Shown in pieces: positions 26,171 through 35,335 of a stretch of 38,885 nucleotides of DNA. The stretch comes from a virus (Duplodnaviria > Caudoviricetes). The notes under the pieces were generated by a model. It saw only the letters and a list, made by a program, of their open reading frames with translations, was not told the DNA's origin and searched no databases. Made by a program: the position numbers and the translations under genes. The stretch spans positions 1-38,885 of the IMG/VR virus record IMGVR_UViG_3300027756_001334; one strand, written 5' to 3'. Each line of letters starts with the position of its first letter. The first letter of the stretch is position 1.

Positions 26171-26939
26171 AATACACACATCAGGAGATTCTTTTGAAAG
26201 AATACAAGCACTAAAAGATGCTTATAAAGGAGAAACGGCCTACCTGGTTACCTGTGGACCTTCTCTTCTATCACATGATAGAGATACTCTTATAGAAAAA
26301 CTAGAAGGAAAGTTAGTTATTGCCTGTAAACAATCTTATGAATATATTAAAGAGGTAGTAGATTTCCATTTACTATCTGTCTATAATTATCAACCTTACG
26401 AATACTTCTCTGAAAATACAATAAGACATTGGCAGCTAACTGCTATGAATATTGAAGGAGAGTTAGAAAGAATTAAGCAATGGGGTCAACGTATAGATTT
26501 AGCCATACCTGTTTACTCTACACCCTGGGTTACAAAAGACCAGACTACTGCGTATACTAGAAATTTTAATAACTGGAAACTATACAGCGGAGGTAAAATA
26601 GTCTGGGGACCTGGTATAATGTATGAATCAGGATTTCCTTTAGCTCTTCACTTAGGGTGTACAGATATTGTAACTGTTGGATGGGATATAGGTGACTTGA
26701 CTAAATACCCCTCTAAGAATCTAATGTCAGTAGATGAGAATTGGATAGACCAGCATGCTAAAGACTTGTATAAAGTAGACGTAGGAGGAGGACCTGAGTA
26801 CGAAGAATTACTACATACGATAGAATGTACGGATAAAATGTACGATTGGTTCTTGGAAAATCAAATAAAAGTTCGTATCTTATCAGAATCAAATCCAGCT
26901 GATAAAAGATTTGAACGTATTACTTTAGAACAACTATGA
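26139..26939 (+). CDS. Maf/DUF115-like nonulosonate transferase
   Basis: LKD.YKGE.AYLVTCGPSL...ALHLGC.DIVTVGWD. Confidence 0.65.
   Translation: MNSATPSVLAKIHTSGDSFERIQALKDAYKGETAYLVTCGPSLLSHDRDTLIEKLEGKLVIACKQSYEYIKEVVDFHLLSVYNYQPYEYFSENTIRHWQLTAMNIEGELERIKQWGQRIDLAIPVYSTPWVTKDQTTAYTRNFNNWKLYSGGKIVWGPGIMYESGFPLALHLGCTDIVTVGWDIGDLTKYPSKNLMSVDENWIDQHAKDLYKVDVGGGPEYEELLHTIECTDKMYDWFLENQIKVRILSESNPADKRFERITLEQL
26853..26884 (+). promoter_or_regulatory. Class A promoter internal to a CDS
   Basis: TTGG...TTCGTATCTTA, offset 19, about 50 nt before ATG 26936. Confidence 0.55.
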
Positions 26940-27829
26940 TATTATTCCAAATGCACATAATGTGGTATGAAGCCGAGATGGTTAATGAAACTCTCGATTC
27001 AATACAAGCTGCTTTAGAACAAGCACCTGACTTAGATGTACGTTTGAAATTCTGCATTAATAAGCAGACATACCTAGAGAAGCCGGAAGTAGGAACTGTA
27101 GATGAGATGGTTGATAAGTTTAAAAACCATCCTCTAATGAGTAGAGTTGAAATCTGGGAGAAAGATGATAAAAGTTCTTTCTATAATATAGCAGATTGGA
27201 GACGAGAAATATACAACCCGAAAGCTAAGTATGTAATTTGGGGGGAAACAGATACACTACTCCCAGTAGATTTTTTCTATATTCTTGAACAAATAGAAAT
27301 AGAAGGGCCACATTTACTAACCTTTGCTTCTAGACCAATGTGGGATAATAGCTGGGATACAGTAACGCATAAAAAACTACTAGGATATAGCAAGCCATGT
27401 AAATGCGGAGATAAGCATAGAGAAGATTGTATTGAGTTATTAGAGTCGCCTTTTAAATATAAGGACGTAATAACACAAGTTCAATTAGACGAGTTTAATC
27501 AACAAAGCGATATAGAGTTACAACAGGTACCGTTAAAAATAGATGGATCTCTTCTTTGTATTTCGAAAGGAGTTCCCTATCCGTGGATACCTGCTGATAT
27601 GCATTTTGTAAGAGAAGATACTTGTGCAGAGAATTTCTTTCACATTAAAAGTATACCACAAATATGTGTAACTACTAGACTGAAAGGACATAATTACTGG
27701 CATCCGAAGAAGAGAGTAAATACATCAGCTACTCGAAATGATGAGCTGTTTAAATTATATGCAAAGAAGAGTGAAGAAGCAATGGTAAATTTTCTAAAAG
27801 AAGTATATGAATCTAGTAACAATATATAG
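26936..27829 (+). CDS. Putative glycosyltransferase-like protein
   Basis: VIWGETD acidic motif and RED; inside the GT cluster. Confidence 0.55.
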   Translation: MILFQMHIMWYEAEMVNETLDSIQAALEQAPDLDVRLKFCINKQTYLEKPEVGTVDEMVDKFKNHPLMSRVEIWEKDDKSSFYNIADWRREIYNPKAKYVIWGETDTLLPVDFFYILEQIEIEGPHLLTFASRPMWDNSWDTVTHKKLLGYSKPCKCGDKHREDCIELLESPFKYKDVITQVQLDEFNQQSDIELQQVPLKIDGSLLCISKGVPYPWIPADMHFVREDTCAENFFHIKSIPQICVTTRLKGHNYWHPKKRVNTSATRNDELFKLYAKKSEEAMVNFLKEVYESSNNI

Positions 27830-28586
27830 AATAAGCGACCACAGTAACCCTGAGAAGGTTAAAGCTGACTACGCAAGTAAAGAAGACTGTTTAAGGGTAT
27901 ACGTAAGGGAGTTCACAAATAAGAACTTGATAGTACTCTGCGATAATGTATCAGAAGATACTTACAAAATGGTACAGAAGTATGCAGTTAAAGACAACAT
28001 ACACCGAACCAGCAACGGCAACACAGGATCCTTTTTAGCTAGTTTAGATCTAGCTCATAGAATTATAACAGAGAAAGAACTACCAGAAGATACTATTTTT
28101 TATTTTCTAGAAGATGATTACCTACACCGCCGAGGAGCTTATGATATCTTAATAGAAGCTTTTGAAGACTTAAAAGCTGACTACGTAACACTCTATGATC
28201 ATCCAGATAAGTATCAGAATTTAAAAGATCCGAGGTACGTATGGGGACATGGATTAGTAGATATTGAAGAGAATGGAATTAGAAAACCAGGAATAATATA
28301 CAATGTAGGTAAGCAAGATACCATCTACGTAAGTAAATCTACTCACTGGCGTACGGTTAGTAGTACAACAATGACATGGGCAACTACAGGTAAAAATATT
28401 AAAGAAGATTTTGAAGATCTTTGGAGTCTACACGAAGGGCAACCTCTTCCGATGGGAGGAGCTACCTTTACGATGTTAGCTGAGAAAGGAAAAAAGTTAT
28501 ATAGTCCAATTACTGCATACTCAACCCATGCAGAAGAAAAGTGGATGTCCTATTTTATTGACTGGAAAAAAGAATCACTATGTTAA
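27807..28586 (+). CDS. Glycosyltransferase, GT-A
   Basis: YFLEDDYLH, YVTLYDHPDKY. Confidence 0.75.
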   Translation: MNLVTIYRISDHSNPEKVKADYASKEDCLRVYVREFTNKNLIVLCDNVSEDTYKMVQKYAVKDNIHRTSNGNTGSFLASLDLAHRIITEKELPEDTIFYFLEDDYLHRRGAYDILIEAFEDLKADYVTLYDHPDKYQNLKDPRYVWGHGLVDIEENGIRKPGIIYNVGKQDTIYVSKSTHWRTVSSTTMTWATTGKNIKEDFEDLWSLHEGQPLPMGGATFTMLAEKGKKLYSPITAYSTHAEEKWMSYFIDWKKESLC

Positions 28587-29410
28587 CACATTGCATTAGT
28601 ACGTATAACAATCTGCCGTACTTAAAATTAGCAGTAGAGTCTGTTAGAAAGAATAGCTACTTTAAAGATGCTCCGTTTATTATTCATGCAGAGAATTGCA
28701 CAGATGGGACTTACCAATGGCTAGCTGATAATGGAGTAAAGTATAACCTAACAGTCTATATTAAAGACTTAGAACCTTCTGGGTTAGGGCAAGGAATGAA
28801 TTTTATCGCTGATAAATGCGAAACAGAATACATTAACTTTCTTCATTCAGATTTTTATGTTACAGAGAATTGGGATTTAGAATTGTTAAAAGTACATGAA
28901 GCTAATCCTGATAAAAAGCTATGGGTTAATTCTTTTAGAATAGAACCTAATATGTTTAACTCACCAACTCGTTATGGAACTTTGCTAGTAGAGCCATCAG
29001 ACTTTGGCAGCTATGCAAATGACTTTGATAAAGAAAGGTTAGAGGAGTACGCTAAAGAGTTTGCTTTACTAAACGACTTTCAGATACCGAAAGGAGAAGG
29101 AGTTTCTGGTTTAGTAAAGAAATCTGTTTGGGATGAAGTTGGAGGAAATGATCCTTTATTTGCCCCTACTAGCTGGGACGATATGGATTTATTTTTAAGA
29201 ATGAAACAAGCAGGTGTTGAGTTTGTAATGCCGTCTAAGTCTGTAGTATGGCATTTTGGAGCTAGAGGAAGCCATCGGTTAGAAGAGAATGGAGGACAAT
29301 CTTCAGAGAGACAAAAGAGAGCAGAAGCTGAAAATATACAAAAATTTTATAGTAAGTGGAAAGGGTTACCAACCTTTGATGCTTATGGAATGATAAACGG
29401 AATTAAATAA
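28580..29410 (+). CDS. Glycosyltransferase family 2
   Basis: STYNN..YLK..VES, CTDGT, HSD, VGG.D..F....DD.DL..R. Confidence 0.88.
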   Translation: MLTHCISTYNNLPYLKLAVESVRKNSYFKDAPFIIHAENCTDGTYQWLADNGVKYNLTVYIKDLEPSGLGQGMNFIADKCETEYINFLHSDFYVTENWDLELLKVHEANPDKKLWVNSFRIEPNMFNSPTRYGTLLVEPSDFGSYANDFDKERLEEYAKEFALLNDFQIPKGEGVSGLVKKSVWDEVGGNDPLFAPTSWDDMDLFLRMKQAGVEFVMPSKSVVWHFGARGSHRLEENGGQSSERQKRAEAENIQKFYSKWKGLPTFDAYGMINGIK

Positions 29411-30597
29411 TGGATAAAATAACATTTTGTATTCCTAGTAAAAATAACTTAAGGTATTTAAAGACCTGTATACCTTCTATTAGGAAGAATGCATTCAGAC
29501 CAGACCACGATATAATCGTATTTGTAGATTCAGATAACGATGGAACAGTTGAGTGGTTACGTAAGAATAAAGATAAATACGAAGTAACATACTTTGTAAA
29601 TCCTAAACTAGGTAAAGAACTTTACGGTATAGGAAAGGCATACGACTACTGTATAGACAAAAGCACAACATCGGCTTTTATGATATTTCATGCCGATATG
29701 ATACTAGGAAAGAATGCCGACTTACAAGCATGGAATCAGTTACAAAAGAAGACAGTAGTTTGCTCTACTCGAATAGAACCTCCTTTGCATCCAAATGCAG
29801 GAGAAAAGATCTTAATGGACTTTGGAGTATGGCCGGAAGAATTTAAAGAAGAAGCTTTTGATGAGTTTGTAGCTAGAGAGAATAACTCAAGTCAGGTAAC
29901 AGAAGGAATTTTTGCTCCGTGGATGATGTATAAAGAAGACTACTTAACACTAGGTGGACATGATCCTATTTTAAAATCAGCTAGAGAAGATTCAGATATA
30001 TTCAATAGAATGCTTTTAGCTGGATTCAGCTTTGTACAACCTTGGGCAAGTTTAGTTTACCACTTTACAGGTAGAGGCGGACAATTCCAGCATGGAAGCG
30101 TAGGAGAAAAGAAAGACGAAGAATGGCAACAGCTTATGAATAATTCTACTAGAGAGTTCATACGAAAATGGGGTTCTAACGTAAAACACACGTCGCTAAT
30201 GAAGCCAATTGTAAGTCCTAGGTACAACATAGGCTTTGCAGTTAAGCATTGTAATTTACAGCTATTAGATGTATTAGAACCTTGGTGCGATAGGATCTAT
30301 ATTGATGATGAGATGGGAGTATTATTTGCATCTTATTACGAATACGAACATAAGAGAACTAGTTACGATTTAAAGAAAAGAGTTTTAACGTTAGGGTACC
30401 AAGACCCTCATGATTATGACGATGTTACGGTAGAGATAGATAAAAAAGTATTCAACAACCATGACTTTCAGGTCCTACAACAGCTCCCGGATATATTACA
30501 AGAGCAAGGCCAACCTGGTAAGTTTAAGTTAGGGAATATGACAGTAACAGTTCGCCGTTTAGAAGAGAGCCAAAATTCTCTAATACAAGTATCCTAA
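29410..30597 (+). CDS. Glycosyltransferase family 2
   Basis: FCIPSKNN, DNDGT, HADM, GGHD......EDSDIFNR, VYHF. Confidence 0.88.
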   Translation: MDKITFCIPSKNNLRYLKTCIPSIRKNAFRPDHDIIVFVDSDNDGTVEWLRKNKDKYEVTYFVNPKLGKELYGIGKAYDYCIDKSTTSAFMIFHADMILGKNADLQAWNQLQKKTVVCSTRIEPPLHPNAGEKILMDFGVWPEEFKEEAFDEFVARENNSSQVTEGIFAPWMMYKEDYLTLGGHDPILKSAREDSDIFNRMLLAGFSFVQPWASLVYHFTGRGGQFQHGSVGEKKDEEWQQLMNNSTREFIRKWGSNVKHTSLMKPIVSPRYNIGFAVKHCNLQLLDVLEPWCDRIYIDDEMGVLFASYYEYEHKRTSYDLKKRVLTLGYQDPHDYDDVTVEIDKKVFNNHDFQVLQQLPDILQEQGQPGKFKLGNMTVTVRRLEESQNSLIQVS

Positions 30598-30599
30598 GC

Positions 30600-30607
30600 T
30601 ATTTATT
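30600..30607 (+). promoter_or_regulatory. Class B motif variant TATTTATT
   Basis: CTATTTATT immediately after the GT locus, upstream of ATG 30635. Confidence 0.45.
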
Positions 30608-30634
30608 TACATAATTGAAAACATTTCAGACACT

Positions 30635-31021
30635 ATGAAGTATATTAACGAAATTAAAAAGATAATAGGGGAAGCAGCAAAAGTAAACTTTGCTGGACAT
30701 TCTTTTATTTTAAAGGTAGATGTAAACGAAGATCCTCAAAAGAAAGGTATCAAAATACAATTCTTACCTACCCAGTTTGGAGCAATTTCTCCAACAGAAC
30801 AAAACGATATTGCTATTGAGCTAGAAGAGAGACTTGAAAAAGGACTAGCAGAATTTGGTATGAGAGTAGAGAGAGATCGTAATTTAAAAGATAAGACAAT
30901 TGTAGGATTCTTTATCTATATTGAATACATCGATAAGATTGTACGTCAAGCTCTATCAGGACAGAATCCAAACGCAGCTCTAGCACCGGAAGAGAAACCG
31001 GAGGATAAGTTAACAGCTTAG
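30635..31021 (+). CDS. Hypothetical protein
   Basis: 128-aa ORF. Confidence 0.8.
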   Translation: MKYINEIKKIIGEAAKVNFAGHSFILKVDVNEDPQKKGIKIQFLPTQFGAISPTEQNDIAIELEERLEKGLAEFGMRVERDRNLKDKTIVGFFIYIEYIDKIVRQALSGQNPNAALAPEEKPEDKLTA

Positions 31022-31029
31022 TATTTATA
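31022..31029 (+). promoter_or_regulatory. Class B motif TATTTATA
   Basis: Directly after the stop at 31021, upstream of the 31058 ORF and bS21. Confidence 0.5.
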
Positions 31030-31057
31030 CCGATAGGTTACTTTAAATTGATTAGAC

Positions 31058-31471
31058 ATGAATGAAAAAACTGCTATAAGATCAATTCTAAAGAATTATT
31101 TAAAAGTTAGTTTTAAGCTAAGGCTTAAAGAACAAGATAGAAATCTTATGAATAAGAAGCTTTTTATAGAAACTTTGACTCTATTAAGAGAAATAGATGA
31201 TAGAAGAGACTTCATGGAAGAAGAGATTGGACTCGACCCTACAGTGTATGAAGAGAAATTTATACAGGTAATTGAGAATCTCTTTAAAATGATATTTAAT
31301 AAGCAGCAACTGACTTTAATAAACCTGTACTTGTTTGACTTAGTTCATAATCAAGACTGGGATGGGAAGCTTCAATTAGATATGAAAATAGGAAGCGGAG
31401 AAATTCAGCACCAGGAATTTGACTTCAAAACTCCTGCAGAAGTCTGGAATGTTATAGAGTTACTTAAATAA
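31058..31471 (+). CDS. Hypothetical protein
   Basis: 137-aa ORF. Confidence 0.8.
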   Translation: MNEKTAIRSILKNYLKVSFKLRLKEQDRNLMNKKLFIETLTLLREIDDRRDFMEEEIGLDPTVYEEKFIQVIENLFKMIFNKQQLTLINLYLFDLVHNQDWDGKLQLDMKIGSGEIQHQEFDFKTPAEVWNVIELLK

Positions 31472-31476
31472 AAAAA

Positions 31477-31668
31477 ATGATTTTAATAGATTTAAAAAAA
31501 TACAAATCCCTAGATCAAGCACTAAAAGTTTATAAGCAGAAAACTAATAAGATAGGGACAGTAAAAGAGTTAAGAGATCGTCAAGAGTTTGTTAAACCTT
31601 CAGTTAAGAAGAGAGCTCAAAAATTAAAAGCACAATACGTGCAGAAGAAATTCGGAAATACCCAATAG
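31477..31668 (+). CDS. rpsU: Phage-encoded 30S ribosomal protein bS21
   Basis: LDQALK.YK.K..K.G.VKELR.RQEFVKPSVKKR....KA.Y.Q, Bacteroidota-type bS21. Confidence 0.9.
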   Translation: MILIDLKKYKSLDQALKVYKQKTNKIGTVKELRDRQEFVKPSVKKRAQKLKAQYVQKKFGNTQ

Positions 31669-31688
31669 GGAAATTCTTTTTATAAAGC

Positions 31689-31721
31689 AGTGGCTTTAGA
31701 ACTTTATTATTCATATCTTTA
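31689..31721 (+). promoter_or_regulatory. Class A promoter (variant)
   Basis: AGTGGC...TTCATATCTTTA, offset 19. Confidence 0.6.
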
Positions 31722-31748
31722 TGAACATTAATTTAAAACGGTTATAAT

Positions 31749-32165
31749 ATGGATTTAGAAATGATTAGTTGCACCAAGTGCAATTCCCCAATGCCTAAGT
31801 TGAGAAAAGAGAAATACGGTTATTCGTATTGTGTGAACTGTTCAACAGAAAAACCTCTACTTGCTCGTACTGTTACTTTCGGTACCGGAGATGATATCTG
31901 GACTGATACAGAAATCCTAACACAGGAACAAGCTCAAAGAATTATAGAATTAGAAGCTAATGCTATAGGAAGAAAAGTAGTAGGAGAGTTCGAAGTAATA
32001 GATTTCGATACAGAAGAGAGCCCTATCTCCTCATCAGCTACCCCAATTGTAAAACGTTTAATAGACGGTGAAGAGATGGATGATCAATCTGCTTTTGTTT
32101 ATGATGCAGATTACGACTCTGTAGAAGAAGAAGAGGAAGACGATGATGATATCTCGGACGATTAA
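31749..32165 (+). CDS. TraR/DksA-type C4 zinc-finger protein with acidic tail
   Basis: CTKC..PMP.LR......YCVNC; C-terminal EEEEEDDDDISDD. Confidence 0.7.
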   Translation: MDLEMISCTKCNSPMPKLRKEKYGYSYCVNCSTEKPLLARTVTFGTGDDIWTDTEILTQEQAQRIIELEANAIGRKVVGEFEVIDFDTEESPISSSATPIVKRLIDGEEMDDQSAFVYDADYDSVEEEEEDDDDISDD

Positions 32166-32167
32166 TT

Positions 32168-32806
32168 ATGGCAAGACCTTCTAAAATATTATCAAAAGAA
32201 GATTTACTACGTGCAATAAAAATGACTCGCTCAAATCGAGCTGCGGCCAGATACCTTCATGTTTCGTATAACCATTATAAAAAGTATGCTAAACTCTACA
32301 AAGATGAAGCTACTGGGTTAACTTTACTTGAAACACATCTTAATCAGTCTGGTAAAGGTATTCCTAAATTTTTAGGCAATGGAGGTAAAGAACCGCCTCT
32401 TATGGATCTAATAGAAGGAAGGGTACCTGTAGAGCATTTTGATGCAAAGAAGATAAAGCAGAGAATTATATTTGAAGCTTTGATCGAAGAGAAATGTAGC
32501 AAATGTGATTTCAACGAAAGAAGAGTAATCGATAATAAGATACCTTTGATACTAAGTCATAAGGACGGTAATCAGAGAAATTATCACTTAGATAATTTAG
32601 AGTTTTTATGTTACAATTGTTCTTTCTTATATGCAGCATCTCCAATAACAGACACTCAGGCAGATGGAATGGAAGATTATATACCTGCTAAAGAAGAGTT
32701 TGGTTGGGAATTAGATGAGTACCATCTTGAGCATTTAAGATCTTTAGGATTATACAAAGAAGAAGAAGAAAAGCCAATCGGACACGAGTATATAACACGA
32801 CAGTAA
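32168..32806 (+). CDS. HNH endonuclease-like protein with N-terminal HTH
   Basis: SNRAAARYLHVS (HTH); CSKC...HKDGN..N..LDNL..LCYNC. Confidence 0.8.
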   Translation: MARPSKILSKEDLLRAIKMTRSNRAAARYLHVSYNHYKKYAKLYKDEATGLTLLETHLNQSGKGIPKFLGNGGKEPPLMDLIEGRVPVEHFDAKKIKQRIIFEALIEEKCSKCDFNERRVIDNKIPLILSHKDGNQRNYHLDNLEFLCYNCSFLYAASPITDTQADGMEDYIPAKEEFGWELDEYHLEHLRSLGLYKEEEEKPIGHEYITRQ

Positions 32807-32814
32807 TATTTATA
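32807..32814 (+). promoter_or_regulatory. Class B motif TATTTATA
   Basis: Directly upstream of ATG 32818. Confidence 0.45.
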
Positions 32815-32817
32815 TAC

Positions 32818-32973
32818 ATGGAAGATAACTCAAAGAAAGGAAAACCTAAGCTAAAAGGCAAAAGACCTAAGCCTCTAGAAAGAAAAGTGGCTGATGATCT
32901 AATTAAGTTACATGAACGTAATGAGAAGTTACGAGAGAAAAATATTAAGACGGACTTTTTCAAGCTATTCTAG
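32818..32973 (+). CDS. Small basic protein (51 aa, not in ORF track)
   Basis: Manual translation MEDNSKKGKPKLKGKRPKPLERKVADDLIKLHERNEKLREKNIKTDFFKLF*; fills the gap exactly. Confidence 0.7.
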   Translation: MEDNSKKGKPKLKGKRPKPLERKVADDLIKLHERNEKLREKNIKTDFFKLF

Positions 32974-33004
32974 TTGGAATTCAGCAGAAAAATTCGTACA
33001 TTTA
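32972..33004 (+). promoter_or_regulatory. Class A promoter
   Basis: AGTTGG...TTCGTACATTTA, offset 19. Confidence 0.7.
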
Positions 33005-33023
33005 TTAACTAAAAGACATAATT

Positions 33024-33578
33024 ATGATATACAAGTTCAATAAAAATTCTTTAAATTTTGAAAAGACAAGTAGGTTCAAATTATTAGCAAGACCTATAAT
33101 TATTACAGCACTTATAACGAGCATTTTCGGGTATACTGCAAAACAAGAAGTAGGCATTCCAGAAGAGCAGAAGTTAATTGTGTTAAGAGAAGTAAATAAG
33201 TTTTCAGAAGAGAGGTTAGTTGACGAAATCGCAGGATTAAATTTTAGATTTCCTCATATAGTATTAGCACAAGCAAAATTAGAATCAAACAATTTCCGTT
33301 CTTATCTATTTAAAGAGAATAATAATATGTTTGGTATGAAGCTAGCAAGCTCTAGATTAACAATTGCTAATGGAGAAGAACACGGATATGCTTCTTATGA
33401 AAGTTGGTCAGAATCTTTAATGGATTACGCTTTATATTATTCAAGCTACTTAAGAAATGTGAAGACAGAAAAAGAGTATTACCAGTTTCTATCTAAATTC
33501 TATGCAGAAGATGTTGCGTATGTAACAAAAATACAGAACTTAATTAAAAATGAACAACTTAAATCTAAATTCAATTAA
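33024..33578 (+). CDS. Membrane-anchored GH73 glucosaminidase (peptidoglycan hydrolase)
   Basis: LAQAKLES, NNMFGMK, YAED..Y; N-terminal TM. Confidence 0.85.
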   Translation: MIYKFNKNSLNFEKTSRFKLLARPIIITALITSIFGYTAKQEVGIPEEQKLIVLREVNKFSEERLVDEIAGLNFRFPHIVLAQAKLESNNFRSYLFKENNNMFGMKLASSRLTIANGEEHGYASYESWSESLMDYALYYSSYLRNVKTEKEYYQFLSKFYAEDVAYVTKIQNLIKNEQLKSKFN

Positions 33579-33593
33579 ACAAAAATTAAGGTT

Positions 33594-33965
33594 ATGATAA
33601 ACATTTTACAAAAAATCGAAAGTTTCTTTAAAAGAAAAACAAAGTACAACGATAAAGAAGCTAAACTTCTGGAAGTTGTAACTAAAATGGTAACTAGCCC
33701 AGATGTTGATCTGGTTTGTAATCCAATGAATGGTGTATACTATATCTCAAATGAGAAGATACATTATTATATGAAAGTTACTGAGTTTGAAATTAGTATC
33801 ACTAATACAAAGTTTGCTTATAATCATGTCTATACTAGCGGCTTTGGTTCAGAATTACTAAACGTAGTAAGAGAAGCTATTGATCAGCAAGTTGAAGAGT
33901 TTGATAGAAAGGTTTTTATTAATGAAGTAAACCTATTAACAAATATAGAAAAAGCTATTCGATAA
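33594..33965 (+). CDS. Hypothetical protein
   Basis: 123-aa ORF with GGTTATG start context. Confidence 0.8.
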   Translation: MINILQKIESFFKRKTKYNDKEAKLLEVVTKMVTSPDVDLVCNPMNGVYYISNEKIHYYMKVTEFEISITNTKFAYNHVYTSGFGSELLNVVREAIDQQVEEFDRKVFINEVNLLTNIEKAIR

Positions 33966-33966
33966 T

Positions 33967-34299
33967 ATGCTAGAGATAAACGTAAAAGACTACAGCGAAT
34001 TAGATGAAATATTTAGCCCAGGCAACGAAGTCTTAATTGAACAGATGTACAAAGCAGTTAGTAAAGCTTATAAAGAAGGAAGTACGTACGCCGATGTCTT
34101 TAAGATTACAGTTGGAGAAGCTGATTACAGTTACGAGGTAGGCGTCCCTAGAGAAGAATGGCAAAACGTATTAGATACTGTCCTTTCTTATTTCCATAAA
34201 GAGCAAAGAACCGATGACTGTATTGATGTATGGCAGTTACAAGAGGGAATTAAAGCAGGAAAAGTTATTAAGAAAAAAGTTGCAAATAAGAATAAATAA
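33967..34299 (+). CDS. Hypothetical protein
   Basis: 110-aa ORF. Confidence 0.8.
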   Translation: MLEINVKDYSELDEIFSPGNEVLIEQMYKAVSKAYKEGSTYADVFKITVGEADYSYEVGVPREEWQNVLDTVLSYFHKEQRTDDCIDVWQLQEGIKAGKVIKKKVANKNK

Positions 34300-34310
34300 T
34301 CGTACATTAT
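34278..34310 (+). promoter_or_regulatory. Class A promoter
   Basis: AGTTGC...ATCGTACATTA, offset 19. Confidence 0.65.
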
Positions 34311-34337
34311 ATATATAAACAATTAAACAGTTATAAG

Positions 34338-34589
34338 ATGAACTACACACAAAAGATCTCAAAGATCGCCAGCAAACGCCGTAACGGTGACGTACCACGT
34401 ATCAGTGACGTATTAGAGAATGACTTTAGTACTTCTCACATTACCAATGTATTAAACGGAGCTCGTTTCAACGATCGTATCGTTAATGCAGCTTATCGCT
34501 TGTTGTATCGCAGAGAAAGCAATGCTACAAAGATTAGCAAGTTGACAACAAAATTGACAGAAACTAAGTCAATGGTTGCTGCTAAATAA
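34338..34589 (+). CDS. Small basic HTH-like DNA-binding protein, monocistronic
   Basis: RISDVL...STSHITNVLNG.R; has its own promoter and terminator. Confidence 0.6.
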   Translation: MNYTQKISKIASKRRNGDVPRISDVLENDFSTSHITNVLNGARFNDRIVNAAYRLLYRRESNATKISKLTTKLTETKSMVAAK

Positions 34590-34609
34590 GCAATGTAGAA
34601 TTTAGAAAG

Positions 34610-34636
34610 AGGCCTCCTTTTAGGGGGTCTTTTTTT
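34610..34636 (+). terminator. Rho-independent terminator
   Basis: AGGCCTCCT-TTT-AGGGGGTCT followed by a T run. Confidence 0.85.
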
Positions 34637-34641
34637 GTTCT

Positions 34642-34687
34642 TTCCGGAAAAAAAAGTGAAAAAAAGATTGTGAGTTAGTGGCTTTTC
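34642..34687 (+). repeat. 46-bp direct repeat, copy 1 (A-tract upstream promoter cassette)
   Basis: TTCCGGAAAAAAAAGTGAAAAAAAGATTGTGAGTTAGTGGCTTTTC; 3 mismatches to 35299-35344. Confidence 0.9.
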
Positions 34688-34710
34688 TGCCTGATAGTTC
34701 GTATCTTAAG
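34677..34710 (+). promoter_or_regulatory. Class A promoter
   Basis: AGTGGC...TTCGTATCTTAAG, offset 19. Confidence 0.75.
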
Positions 34711-34758
34711 GTATGTTAGAGAGATAGATACTTTAACAGTCACTTAAAAATAAAGGTT

Positions 34759-34989
34759 ATGATGAATAAATTAAGTAGTAAAAAAGTAGTAGAGCTCGAA
34801 GCAGAGTTTGGTGAGTTTGAAATCGGTCAAGTAATGGGCGGAAGTAATAGTGTTTATCTACGCTTCGGATACTGGAGACGAGTTAACGTCGGTAAGCTTC
34901 AGGAAATGTTAGGGTTTGGTTTTAATGTTGTTGAAGACGACATCGACGATGATGATTGCGGTACTTTATATTCTTACAAATTAAAATAA
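34759..34989 (+). CDS. Hypothetical protein
   Basis: 76-aa ORF with AAAGGTTATG start context. Confidence 0.75.
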   Translation: MMNKLSSKKVVELEAEFGEFEIGQVMGGSNSVYLRFGYWRRVNVGKLQEMLGFGFNVVEDDIDDDDCGTLYSYKLK

Positions 34990-34993
34990 GACT

Positions 34994-35335
34994 ATGTCAG
35001 AGAAGAGAGGTCATACAGTCAAGATTGAATACCCATTCAATACAGCAGGAGTTATGGAGTGTTACTACCCAGATTCAGACACATGGTATAGAACTACATG
35101 TTCAGAATTTAGAGCATTTGATGGTAGAAGACGTATAACAGAACCGGAATTTGTATCTAGACTTAATAAAGATATTCCAATGATTACAGAAGAATACTAC
35201 GGACCAGTCTACCATCTAGGTACTAATACAATAGTTGAAAGCAAAGGACTCAATATGATTGTGGGTGGTACGAAATGGCATTCAATATACGATGATCCTT
35301 CCGGAAAAAAAAGTAAAAAAAAGATTGTAAGTTAG
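34994..35335 (+). CDS. Hypothetical protein
   Basis: 113-aa ORF; its C-terminus is encoded by repeat copy 2. Confidence 0.75.
   Translation: MSEKRGHTVKIEYPFNTAGVMECYYPDSDTWYRTTCSEFRAFDGRRRITEPEFVSRLNKDIPMITEEYYGPVYHLGTNTIVESKGLNMIVGGTKWHSIYDDPSGKKSKKKIVS

Noticed and set aside
1770-32963. Minus-strand ORFs in the track (e.g. 1770-2096, 12605-12898, 14242-14442, 18196-18564, 32688-32963)
   Set aside because: All are antisense to well-supported + strand genes, have no motifs, and lack minus-strand promoter signals.
1538-35138. Nested + strand ORFs 1538-1756, 8985-9176 and 34956-35138
   Set aside because: Out-of-frame shadows of better genes; 8985-9176 also crosses a terminator.
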